From assembly GCA_001600815.1 (NCBI GenBank), contig BCKZ01000008.1, positions 682,001-746,000 of the forward strand: 64,000 nt of DNA, written 5' to 3'. Shown piece by piece: positions 36,664-49,758 of this stretch; position 1 is the stretch's first letter, and every line of letters begins with the position of its first letter. A program made the translations under genes and the position numbers. The notes beneath the pieces were generated by a model, which did no database searches, had not been told where the DNA came from, and worked only from the letters and a program-made list of their open reading frames with translations. The stretch is from Alloascoidea hylecoeti. Lineage: Eukaryota.

Positions 36664-37428
36664 TATATTTTAATTTTTAAAAGTATTAATAAAACCGTTT
36701 TATCTTGTAGTCTAGAATAATTGCTAAGCGCGTAGAGTTGAAGACCTATCTACTATAGCAAATTGATTTGAACCACCAGCTGTAGGAAAAGAAAAGTTGA
36801 TAATTAAGTTGACAAGTAAAATTTGAAAATAAAAAAGAGCTGCAAAAACAATATATATATATATTAAGAGCTGAAAAAAAGATATAAGCATTAAAAGAAT
36901 AAAAAAACTGGGGAAGAATATAAAAACTTGAAAGCTAGCTATATATAGATTTTAAACAGTTAGCATTATATGCGATTGTCAGGTTGAGACATTAGAATCC
37001 TGCAATAGTACATTACAGCCTCACTTGTGATGATTTATTGTTAATTATTGTGTACACAGTAGCCGAACCCCTGGAACGATTCTCATCTATATGCCTATGA
37101 TTAAACTCTATAGGTATCCTCACTGGATTTATTGGATTTTTTTTATTCACCCGGAAACTGGTAAAGAGAGAGAACCGGTAGGTTACGTATATAAGCTTAT
37201 ACGCATAAAACATGAATCCTGAAATGGCTGCCGTTTTTCTTAACCAAAATTATTATATTTCTGTTTGCAAAAAAAATAAACAGATATTAATATTAAATAA
37301 CTGGGAACTTCTAAATTATGTGCATATATTAATTATTAAAATACAAACAGCCGCGAATTAATTATCACCAAATGAGGGACACCTCCTCAGTAACCTTCAT
37401 TCAGTTTAAAGCATCCCGGAAAAAGAGT

Positions 37429-40400
37429 GTGGGGTACACGGTTTGTTAATATGTTAAAGTATAGACCAATAACACTGAAGATATAATTTAGATTAATACA
37501 ATACGAGAAACAAAACGAAACTCTTTCAGAAGCAAGAAACTTGCTAATCAACACAATAATAAACCTATAACAGAAAACTCTATGTTTTTAATGCATCATT
37601 TCTTCTTCTATATGGTTTTTATATAAGTTTTGGTGCCTCCAGAATTGTGTGGGCATCCTCTCTAATTATAAGCGAAAACGTTTCATTTATACCATCCAAT
37701 TGCAAAGCTCGTTAACCGCCATGATTTCTACGGCCAGGATAATCACATAATGAGATGAATCTAGGGGTCTTATTAATATTCGATTGTTTTCAAATACCCA
37801 CCTTCCAGCCACAGACAAACCGTAGCTTCAAAAAATTGGTTTTATATGCATATAATTATTTTTTTTGCAAATATATAATACTTATACCATTATAATTTAT
37901 GGATTAATCATATCTACACTGTTTAAAATAATAAATAGAGCTATAGTACCTTCCTGAAAGTGTTATTTTACTATGCACATATAGATAACTACATAATACA
38001 TAAACTTATAAGTTTATAGCTAGTTAATACATATGACTTCCAACTGGTTGTAAATCTTGCACATGTCTACAATTTGCATTCATTCTTTAGTATAGGTTAT
38101 ATATAATTCTAAATAATTAATATAATAGGCAAAATTAAAAGGTTATATTTAGAATTTATCCATTATGCTTAGTGGATGATGGTTATTTTATGAAATCTAT
38201 AAACGATATATCTGTTATCTATACATGTACATGACATGTATAGCCTATAATATAAGTATTATATGTATGGCCCATATGTATATCACTTTCTGGGGTAATT
38301 AATATTTCTTATATGGTAAATATGCATATGCATATCATTATTTTTATGAAGGATAATAATTATAATAGAATAACAAGGAAAATATGTATCGTGTGGAATC
38401 AACTTATTATTATTTATCTCCTCCTATATGCATAACATTGCATTATTTAACTTACATATTATTATCTTTGTTAAGGAATTTAAGAAGTGTTATTTAAATT
38501 ATTTTATACAGGTCTATGGCTATATTTATTCTTAAATAATCTAATTTTATTTATGCTTTGCTATTGTAGGCTTTTTATAACTATAGTATAGGTAACTATT
38601 ACTAGCCAACATTTTATAATTATATCACTCCAAGACCCCGGATCCATCCCCAGATGGAGAATTGGAAGCTTGAGTAGGTCTTAGAATTCGAACACAACGT
38701 TAGCCACGATGCAGCACACACTGTTTATAAATATGTATATACATTTTTAGACAATATACATAATGTTGAATATAATCATTTTTGATTCGTCGGTCTTTTG
38801 TCATCTTAATTATTCGTTAAACTTATATTATGTAAGTTTATATGGATTATACTTATGTACCTTATAACTTAGACTAAACACTGAACATTGCATTGTAATC
38901 ACTGATCAGTAACAGCTTCAAAACTGAATATAAAAAATATATCGCGGTATCTCTTTTTTATATATATTCAGTATAAAACATAATCGATTTATTTACAATT
39001 AATTATTCAATTGTCTATATATAAATTTACAGTTGAAATCATTTTAAATTTAATGTTTGCAGCTTATGTAAGACCGATGCCGATTATTACATGTTGAAAA
39101 TATCGGAGTTAGATCTACCCTTTTAAATACCTCGACCAGAGTCGTTCTTTTAATTATAATATCAATTTGGATTTGACGATATATTTATAACATTCACGAG
39201 TTACCGTTAACGTTATATATTGATTACGATTGATGCATATGTAACTCATATATAAGTTAAGTTTCGAATATCTTCAATTAATGGTTAAGATCGATGGTGA
39301 TACATAGCTATGACTTTATAGGGTATGTATATAGGTACGTTTATACGCGATTTTCATAGATATTAATATTTAAACGCAGTGTACTAGTATTATAGCTAGT
39401 TAACGCTGAGAACGTTTGTACGTATCAAATTATCAATTGATATATTGTATTATAATTATGAATAAGTTTTAGTTTAGTGAAAATAGAATTTATACCTAGT
39501 AGCACTTTAGGACTAGTGGGATATGAAGTTAAATATCAAATAATTTTATATGATATCAATTGAGTTCAGCGCTTGACTAGCTAGTATATATATATGTTTA
39601 TAATTATAGGATAAAACTCTGTATCTGCAAACGCAAGAGCTACCACAGCTTTGCATCATACACATTATATATATTAATTATAGGGATATCTTATGAGCAC
39701 ATATTTTGAGTGTAACATTATAAGAGCATATTTTGACTCTAGGATTATAAGCATATACTTATACTAGTATAATACTACATACTAGCTAAATATAATCATT
39801 AATAATGTAATCCTTATATGTATATTGCGAATTATGATTTAATTGCAATTGTAATTCACGATTAATAATACCTTCACAATTTTCATAAATTCCGAGGAAT
39901 ACTTATCAAAAAGATTACTAAAACTTTAATTAAAGATCGCGATTTACGAACTGATAAATAGAAATACATATTAGTTTTTGGAAGATAAATAAAATAATTA
40001 CATGCCTTCAATTGAAACAATATTATAAACAGGAACTTGATATATAGCATTTTTCTTTTGAAATTAGTAGGAAACCCCACAAACTAGAAGTATCTACTTT
40101 GACTGAAGCTGACAATCTTTCAATTGACTTCCTAGTGTGTGTGTGTGGTGTGTGTGTGTGTGTGTGTGTGCAAGAGTACATGTATAAATTTTAAAAGCAA
40201 ATTTATTAAAACTTATAAGATCTTACAGTTCTGGAAAAAATGTTGAATTTGATCATGATTCACCTTTTATGATGCTACTTTATATATCATAAAGTAGCGC
40301 TTTATACTAGTAATAAGGTTATTCGATGAATATATATATATATATTAATAGCTCAATGAATGGTAGAAAGGTATGGCCATGGTACTAAGCGTTTTCCTTT

Positions 40401-41701
40401 CCTTTACTCTGAAATTGTTGTCTATGGAGATGTTCCTGGGAGAATTTGTTTATCTCACAATTATTCAGTATATAACTATAACCAATAATAAAGGCCTAGG
40501 GTATATGATGTAAGTGCTGTAGAAGGCAGAAAAAGAAAGAATATCGTTGCTCATTCTCTTAAATATTGGTCACAGCTTATAATATTGATATAGAGACATG
40601 TATATTAATGCCTTGAAATTGTTATTACTGGTGTAGCGGTGCTCCAATCTTTAAAAGCTAATGATAAAGCATTTTTCTAAACTTTTAACTATATGGAGAA
40701 TTCATAATTAGCCCTTATAATATGATCATTTAGGGATTGATTGTAATTCTCAGCACAGTAATAGTATTTATTGCGATTGATAGCAATAGCCATGGAATAA
40801 GGGACTTCGATTGTAATAATTATATGCAGATTACAATATTATGACCGAAGTTTAAAATATACCGGTATACCCTTGAAGTTATTATGGATTGTGGTAAACA
40901 TGAAACAATTGACCTTAATAGTCCAATATAACTTTCCGACCCCCGCTGAAAATTAGTTATAGGGATGGGCGGTACGTAGTAATCAGTAAGGACGAAAATA
41001 AGTGTAATCATTGTATAACGAGGGTTTTATGATTAATATCAATTAAACTTATAATGGAACGTATTTGATTATTTTGATATGTTTGATTTTCCATATAATA
41101 TAATAATATTCAGTTCTTTTGATCTACGTGGATATATGGTTCACAAAAAAGAAGTGGATAATACTCTAGTGGTATTCAACAGTGTTGCAATCGGTGAACC
41201 TTTTAATCAATTTTAAATTTTCCTTTATTGAAGAAGCTTCATATTATAATTAATTATTGCAAAGTGCCTCAACCCAAATGGAGTTGCCGGAGAGTAAAGC
41301 GGGGATCACACATTGTTGTACTATTCAATAATTAATTATAAGATTTTTTAGTTTATGTATTAATCATACTAACCGTACCTCCATTTTCTATAAGTCTTAC
41401 TTACAATTATAGACTATATTTTTCCCTATATCTCTCTTCGAATTCTACTAATTAAGAGTAAGTACAATGCAGATGACTACTACACCTATAAGGCCTTATA
41501 TATATCTACCCCGAATTTGATGTTAATAACCACTTTTTCAGATAACTTTTTCACAAAATTAGCTAATTGACCCTGGAAAATATCGCAAGTGGTGGAAACC
41601 CCATCTATGATTGAACAAATATAGGTGAATACTTTTAATTATCTGCTGATGAATAAACACGAATAAGGTTCCCCCACCAGAAACCAAAATATAACGCGGG
41701 G
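37429..41701. promoter_or_regulatory. Cluster of SYGGGG (Mig1/CreA-type) motifs in the divergent aquaglyceroporin intergenic region
   Basis: Sites at 37429, 38290, 38648, 40075, 40941, 41299, 41672 and 41696 in very AT-rich DNA. Confidence 0.45.
40135..40170. repeat. (GT)n microsatellite
   Basis: About 17 GT units with one interruption. Confidence 0.9.
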
Positions 41702-43321
41702 ACAAATAATTAAGTTATTATAATCAATCACAAAGAATTTTTAACTATGTGTTTGTAATTATAACATAACGCCTATATGATATATATAGTATATAATATA
41801 TATACTCATATTCATAATATGTTCATATGTTGCAATATTAATTGTATAACTTATATATGATATCGATTACAAATAAAGTTTATAATTCAACAGAAATCAA
41901 GAATTATTGGTATATTGACGTCGACAGTAATAAAAGTGCATGCATTCGAATTCGATATAATTATATAAAATAAATTGTAATTCACAGGATTAATATTCAA
42001 TTGAAACAAAGGTTTTTGTTCCATGAAAATACAAATAGCAAGCAGAAGCTTAAGATGAAAGTAAACGAAAAAAAAAGTAAAGGGAGATACATTCTGCTCA
42101 TAATCGACATTATTTTAACAAACCAAAGCTACTTTATTAACGTTAAAGATAGAAGTTAGAACCCATCGCTGCAGCTACTGGAGAAATTTGAAAAGTATTA
42201 AATTAATATACCCCTGGTCCCTAGTTGCACATTGTGATTAGGCCACAATAATAATAATTTTCTCCATGCAGTAGCAAAAGTCATGGATCGAGCCATTAGA
42301 TGGAATCTTGAATATTTATGTAAAATAGTTAAAATAGCGCTTCAATTGTTAAAAAGACCCCATTGGCATGGTTGTAGGGCCTTTGGGTGCCTCCACAAAA
42401 TGAAAAAAATAGAGTTAAGATGGAAACACATCAAAATGATCCGAAACATAAGTCCAGGGTCATAATATACCCAATATTAATGGATTACCCATACTGCTAG
42501 AATTATGTCTAGCCTATATATTATTTTGTGTGAATTTACAATTGCAAGAATATGCATTGCAATTGGTTTGAAATATTCCAGAGTTATATTATACAAGCAG
42601 TTCCGCTTTATGCATATGTATATTCAATTTAAACTTCAATTATAAATTATAATAATGAATGTTCCTTTAATTATATAAGTTTGTTACAATTTATTCTTTG
42701 TTGATTAATGATGCCGAAATAAATAAAAGTAGAATATTAATGTTACTGTCTAAATTTACATAATAATAATAATAATTATGTACTCTCAGATATGGTATAA
42801 AATTAAGCTTAATTAATTGTCTTGTCTTTACTTTTCGTCCCTTTTGATAATATGATGTGAAAAGTGGAAAGACATAAATATAAAAAATTGAAAAAAGAAT
42901 ATTTCATTCTCGGTCAAGGAAGTGAAATATAAGTATATAAGACGGTCGATAATAATCGGTGCATTGTTGCCCCATAGTGCAACCTTCCCGCAAAATTTAA
43001 ATAAGTTTTAAAATTTTAAAAAAATAAAAAGTTTTAGATCTATGTAGGTGGAAAATATAATAATATTATTTCATAATTAAAATTTTATCTCTTTTTTCTT
43101 TTCTTCATGATCAATATTAAGATACAATCATGAGTAAGCTTAATATCATATATAATTATGTAAATTCTTTAGCTGACTATAAAAGTCACATAATATCTCG
43201 CTTTAAATTCTGAGTATTTTTCCGGGACTGACAATACACAAGATCTATAGGTGGCTTCTAAGGTATTGCGAGTAAAGTAACAACACTTGATTTCTAGAAC
43301 ACATAACTACCAACATACTCA

Positions 43322-44263
43322 ATGCACGGAAAAGAATTTGAAGAATATCCAACTCGTTGGGCTAAAATCCGTGAGGACTACATTGACTACCTTGCAGAAT
43401 TTTGGGGGACATTTGTAATGATATGTTTTGGTGATGGTGTAGTTGCACAAACGAAATTAAACGAAAATGCTGGTGATTATTTATCGGTCGATTTGATGTG
43501 GGGAATAGCTGTCATGTTAGGGTTTTATGCTAGTGGTGGAAACTCTGGTGGTCATTTAAATCCTGCTGTTACTACCGCTGCCGCTATCTATAGAGGATTT
43601 CCATGGAAAAAAGTTCCTGGTTACATTCTTTCCCAATTCCTAGGAGCTTTTTGTGCAGCCTTTGTGGTTTATGCTACTTATAAATGTAACATTGACAATT
43701 ATGAAGGACATAACGTCCGAACAGTTCTTGGAGACCATCCTACAGCTGGCATTTTTTGTACATTTGCAAAACCTTATCTAACCCGAGGAGCCCAGTTTGT
43801 CTCTGAATTGGTATCAAGTGCGCTGTTAGAGTTTGGTATTTTCAGTTTAACTGATAGTAATAATGCTGGTGCTAGCAGTGACACTTTCCCAATCGGTTTA
43901 ATGCTCTTGATCACAGCTATTGGTGGCTCATTTGGTGTTCAGACTGGTTTCGCTCTAAATATGGCAAGAGATTTGGCTCCAAGAGTTGCTGCTACAATTC
44001 TAGGGTATGGTGGAGATATGTGGTCGGCATATGGATACTATTTCTGGGTTCCGATTATTGCTCCTTTCGTTGGGACATTTATTGGAGGTGGTCTATACGA
44101 TATTTTTTGTTTTAAAGGCAGAGAATCACCAATTAACCAGCCAGGACTAGGATTCAGTCGTAGATATAATACTAAAGGAGATCTCGAATCTAGAACTGCA
44201 ATTAATGATCTTAGCTTGGAGACAAAAACGTCTAAACCCTTGGAAATAAACGACTCTTTATAA
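43322..44263 (+). CDS. Aquaglyceroporin (MIP family) copy 2, NPA/NMA motifs
   Basis: AEFWGTF, GDGVVAQ, SGGHLNPAVT, TGFALNMARDLAPR. Confidence 0.93.
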   Translation: MHGKEFEEYPTRWAKIREDYIDYLAEFWGTFVMICFGDGVVAQTKLNENAGDYLSVDLMWGIAVMLGFYASGGNSGGHLNPAVTTAAAIYRGFPWKKVPGYILSQFLGAFCAAFVVYATYKCNIDNYEGHNVRTVLGDHPTAGIFCTFAKPYLTRGAQFVSELVSSALLEFGIFSLTDSNNAGASSDTFPIGLMLLITAIGGSFGVQTGFALNMARDLAPRVAATILGYGGDMWSAYGYYFWVPIIAPFVGTFIGGGLYDIFCFKGRESPINQPGLGFSRRYNTKGDLESRTAINDLSLETKTSKPLEINDSL

Positions 44264-44625
44264 TTGAACATGTATAAAAAGGCGTCCTAATTATTTTATT
44301 GATTACACTTTAAAGATATTATGGTATATGTATACACAATACCATATTGTTAAAGTTATATTAACATAATGATAGGACATGAAAGTTTGTGATTTCTGAT
44401 TGAATCATCTGTCAAGCTCTAGATTTAAACTTATTCACCTGCCGTGTGTGTATGTGTTGCATTTAATTTGGGTTTTTCAGATCACTACTATTATTTATTG
44501 ACATTCGTGTACAATTCATGGGTGGCATGATCTCGGGCTAATATTAATATATACTACTTCAGTTTTAAATGTATATTATACTGGATATAAACGTTAACAA
44601 TTCTAATTATCTTTTCTTAAAATAA

Positions 44626-44628
<3 letters not shown>

Positions 44629-44663
<35 letters not shown>
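44629..44663. repeat. (AT)n microsatellite
   Basis: About 17 consecutive AT units. Confidence 0.9.
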
Positions 44664-44667
<4 letters not shown>

Positions 44668-45589
44668 TAATACAATTAGGCATTTTAATGATTCTAAACA
44701 TAAAATTAACTTTCAATTATACTCACTGTTTCTTTAATTATATATGTGTAGCATATTAATTTCGGAAATTGCAACATAATTAAATTTAAACTTGGCAGGT
44801 GAACAGATGTTAAGCACGACCTTGCCTCATCCGGAAACGCGCTAACCTCTGGATAAACTTTATTTAGGAATATCCCATCGAAACCTTCGCCATTTTCAAC
44901 CAATTGAAACATAAATGACTTGGCTAACTACAAAGTGAAAGAAATATCTTCTCCATTTGATCGGAACAGATTATACCTACTCGGAAACTGGCAGAATCGG
45001 TGTGCACCATACTACTACGAAACCTGTCTGGCTTCCTCCAACAACTTTAAATAAAATGAACTTTACTTTGTAAAACGCAAAAGAGATCAAAGAGATTAAA
45101 GTACATGAAAAAGGGAAAATTATACTCCCTGCTTATGAAAAATTTAGATAATTCGACTTATTGGGTTTGTCTCTCGATTCTAAAACGTTCCGCACCACTA
45201 ATATTATTGTTGAAAGAATATTATGTAAAAGAAAGCCTTTAATTTTAATCAATCTGGGGTGATGTTATAACTACTAAAGTGCCAGTTTAACGTCTAAGGC
45301 ATTCAGTAGGATTTAAATGTCTAGACTTATAATTACAGATTGTTACCTTCAAGTAACTGAGTGTTGCGACCAATGATACGGGGTCATTACCGACAAAACC
45401 TTTATGCTCACTCATTATCGATGACAAGGGGGTTCATTCTAGGTAAGGACTTTTGCGATTAACATATCTTATGCTACTGTGGCTAACGCATTAATAATAG
45501 TGTTTTTTTTTATTGTTTTGTGATGGCCAGCCAAAGACTTTAGATCTGTAAAATGATAGCCACCAAGAAATGAAAGGTTGGCTTTAAAA

Positions 45590-45720
45590 TTTATCGTTAG
45601 GTAAAAGGCCTTTTCTGAATGGAAATAACCAAAGGAACAGAAAAATATAGCCTAAAGATAATTGGAATTGTCTGAGGAAATTTGGGATGGTGTTAGTATT
45701 CAGTGACGAATATTTGACCG
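45590..45720 (+). mobile_element. Degenerate Tc1/mariner transposase fragment
   Basis: RPFLNGNNQRNRKI* then EEIWDGV (frameshift) VFSDE, matching the Tc1 pattern KPLL..RL.WA..W..V.FSDE. Confidence 0.45.
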
Positions 45721-46148
45721 CTGCTACAGGATCCAGATCCGGAAAAGTATAAGATATTATACTTGACTACAGTCATCACAGGCTTTTAAACCTCAAATAT
45801 TTATAATATGGAGAAGTCTGGGTTTGTAAGGTTTTTGGTATAGGCTGGAATTAGGAGAGGTTGCCGTACTCCATTGTATATATAAACTCAATGAGTGATT
45901 GGGGATCCTAATATTCCATGTCTCGTCGAATGGTTGCCTTTTTTGACTATAATGGTTCAGCCGTGGATTTTTCGCCAAAATTTGAATGATGTGATGTATT
46001 TTAAATGTATAAAAATAACATATTATCTTTACTAAATATTAAGCTTAAATTTTCACTTTATAGCTGTAGACTAAGATATAGAGTCTCTAGAATTTACGAA
46101 ACATTATCCACCATTTTAAGAACAGTTTAAGGCCTTGTAGAGTACTCA

Positions 46149-46545
46149 GCGGATCAATATGGATTTCTAGTATTGTTGAACGGAAATTTAATATCATTTA
46201 AATCAGAGAAATTGGATAACATAACTTTAAGCACTTGTGAATTATCAGAAGCTCTTAAACATACATTAGGTATAAATAATCTACTATGGAACTGGAAAAG
46301 ATAAATATAAAAATCAGTGGTATTAATGATAATATTTCTGCTCTACAAATTGCAAGTAATGGTTTAAGAAAAATCAAACACATTGAGTTAAGATACTTAT
46401 TTATATTAGAAAAAATAATAATAATAATGCCGATGAGCGTATATATGAGCACCACATTAACACAAATGACAACTTAAGTGACTTTTTAACTCAACCATCA
46501 GGTCATATCAGATTTCAAGATTTAACTTCGAAATCAATAAATTAA
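46149..46545 (+). mobile_element. Degenerate Ty1/copia RNase H fragment
   Basis: Collinear YGFLVLLNGNLISFKSEK..TLSTCE, DNISALQIASN..KHIELRYLFILE and HINTNDNLSDFLTQP, with frameshifts. Confidence 0.75.
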
Positions 46546-47908
46546 ATGAATTATTATATTCAACTATGATATTTAAAAATACTTTTATTTTTATACTACT
46601 TTGTTATGGTTCTAATTCATAATCATATAATTATCATTTTATTTGGAGCAGTGCTTGAGAAAAGCTTAACTTTAGCTAGACTTGACCTGGCTGTAACTAT
46701 CTTATTTGCCATTTCACCCTTAAACTTAATATATACCCATATGACATTTGTTAAAGCTCTTTTTTATGAGCCCTGATGTTACAGTCCTCTGTTTCCTTTG
46801 CTTTCAATTGAATCAGGCCACCAAAAAAGATGTGTACACCTAACATATTATTATGTTGAGATATTTCAATACCTGATAATCGTAATTAAAACTTACTTCT
46901 TAAACTCTTGTGATGTAGTATAAAAGATGTATATAACCAAATAATTTTGACCACCGGAAACGAATTCCATTATCTGGGCCTTAATAGGATAATAATATCA
47001 TATGGAACTATATATATGGAGGATAAGAAATAAGAAAGATATAAACTTCAAAATACTAAACAAGCCTCTGAAAGTAAAAGCAAGAGAATATTTTATGACC
47101 TTGCTAGAGCTTCAGGAACATTAGAAACAGAACAAATTAATACCTTATAAACATATATAACCCATTGGAAATTTAATGTACGTAGCTATGAATAAAATAA
47201 ACTGTTCGTTTAAAAAAACTTCGAAGTTTTAATTGTTTCTTATTTTATAATTATAATAGATATCATGATCGATCTATACCATACTTTTCCATCATGATAA
47301 ATGACAACTAGATTGTAGATGTATTCCAATCGTTAACTAGAATATCAATATTATCCATATGCTTAAATTTATAATTAGTGGATATGAATTTCGGTGGTGA
47401 TTTTGATAGGGTTAGGATTGGATAGTATTATTTTCATCATACACTGAAAGTTAGCAGATCAGATATATATAGTGAAGTAAGTATTGATAAAAATTGTCTT
47501 GATATAGTCTGTGGTTATAGGCCAAACAGAATCTTATATATATTGTGCATATGCATAACACCCTACAGCTCATTATCCTAGGGACAGGTTTCAACAAATA
47601 TCAATTTTCTCTGTTGCTGCTCTATATACTTGTTTATGGTATTTCAATCGAAGATAACATGCATTATAAATTGTTATAGGAAACGAAAGTAATGATGGTA
47701 AATAGGATAATTATTATACCAATAAACTTATATATGCATATAAAGGCCAGCTGACGCATATCAGGTGACCAATCCACACAAAAAAATAGGATTTTTTAAA
47801 GTTAGAAGTATCGGTATTGATTGGGAGAATTTAAGCAAGTTTTAGCTCAATTCTTTATTGAAATACGGATTTCCATATCAATCGAGGTAATATTTCTATA
47901 GTAATGCA

Positions 47909-48823
47909 ATGAGCTTCGTATATTTACAGGAAGCAGATGAAAAATCAACCAAATGGAGCAAAATACGGGAACAATATATTGATTACTTCGCAGAATTTTG
48001 GGGAACTTTTATCATGGTTAGTTTTGGGGATGGCGTTGTTGCTCAAACCACTTTGAATAAGGGAGCCGGCAACTACACTTCAGTTGATTTGATGTGGGGA
48101 ATTGCCGTTATGCTGGGATACTACGCCAGTGGTGGACACTCCGGAGGACATTTAAATCCAGCTATAACTGTTGCTTCAGCAACTTTTAGAGGATTTCCCT
48201 GGAGAAAAGTTCCTGGATACATCATATCCCAACTTTTAGGTGGATTCGTGGCTGCTTTTATTGTGTACGGAACGTACAAATCAAACATAGATAACTTTGA
48301 AGGACACGGAATAAGAACAGTCACTGGTGATACTGCAACTGCTGGTATTTTCTGTACCTTTGCTAAACCATACTTGACAAGAGGGGCTCAAGTTGTTTCT
48401 GAATTAGTTGCCAGTGCTTTTCTTCAATTTTGTATTTTTTGTTTTGCAGATAACTACAATGCAGGTACAAATGCAGCCACATTTCCTTTTGCTTTAATGC
48501 TTTTGATCACCGCTATTGGTGGTTCTTTTGGTGTCCAGACGGGGTTCTCCCTGAATATGGCGAGAGATTTTGGCCCAAGAGTTGCTGCAACCATTTTGGG
48601 ATACGGTGGAGAAATGTGGTCACAAGGTGGGTACTATTTCTGGGTTCCAATTGTGATTCCATTTATTGGAACTTTTCTAGGAGGGTTCCTGTACGACTTC
48701 TTTTGTTTCCAGGGTCCAGATTCACCAATAAACAAGAGAAATTTTGGATTCGAGAAACAGAAACCAACGTCGACAATACAAGATATAGAGTCAGCATCGA
48801 ATAGAGAGTCAAACCAGCCCTAA
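47909..48823 (+). CDS. Aquaglyceroporin (MIP family) copy 3, NPA/NMA motifs
   Basis: AEFWGTF, GDGVVAQ, SGGHLNPAIT, TGFSLNMARDFGPR. Confidence 0.93.
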   Translation: MSFVYLQEADEKSTKWSKIREQYIDYFAEFWGTFIMVSFGDGVVAQTTLNKGAGNYTSVDLMWGIAVMLGYYASGGHSGGHLNPAITVASATFRGFPWRKVPGYIISQLLGGFVAAFIVYGTYKSNIDNFEGHGIRTVTGDTATAGIFCTFAKPYLTRGAQVVSELVASAFLQFCIFCFADNYNAGTNAATFPFALMLLITAIGGSFGVQTGFSLNMARDFGPRVAATILGYGGEMWSQGGYYFWVPIVIPFIGTFLGGFLYDFFCFQGPDSPINKRNFGFEKQKPTSTIQDIESASNRESNQP

Positions 48824-49758
48824 GCGCTTGTTTTATAACAATCTTCAAATTTAAATTATTTATTTCCCCCGTTTTTATGGCTGGCTCATATTGTATTCAA
48901 ACATTTGATAAATCAATATATAATCTTATACCCGACCTCATTAAGCATTCTTGTACACAAAACTTCAAAATAATCACCTTTAAAATAATATAGATAAACC
49001 TTTATAATTATATATAATGTGTACAATATATATTTGGCTGTATGTTATTTTATCGTTATATTATGTCCTTTAAGCTTGCAATTGTGCTATAGTTACCTTA
49101 TAAGGCCACAATCAATCCATTATATCGATTCATTGGATTGCCGTGGGGACTAAACAATTGCTCTTAATGTATGTAGTTAAATTAGTCTTACTTTAAATTA
49201 AAACCTGGGCCATGAACAGGTAGTACCAAAAAGGGATCAATTATTTAGTGAGTGTTAAGCTTCAATTAATATTCAGCCAACTGAGTGGTATACCAACTAT
49301 CCCATACAACTGGTAATAATAAGATAAAGGAAATATTCCAATATGACGAAAATACACACAATAGTGTGACAAAAAATTGTCTCAAAAATGGTGAATTCAG
49401 AGTGGAAAAACTATTATTAAACCAATACTCAAATAACTCTTCTGGAGGGAACCCCCAAATACAACGTTGAGTAACAGAGAATCATCAATCAGCACCATTT
49501 ACGTGTAGTACCCGCTCCTGTAAGAATATAAGGGTTAATTATATCAATACCAATATTAATATTAATGAGCTGATTTTTTTTTTAACTACCATAGAAGGTC
49601 TACAATATTAAGTAACCATTTTGTAAATATAAGATTAAATATAAAATATAGTATAAAAAGATTACTTTTAATTATCAAACAATTTTAAAAAATTAAAAAG
49701 ACTAAAATCTAACATCAAAGCATTCGAAATGCAACATATATAATTATTCCGAAAATGC

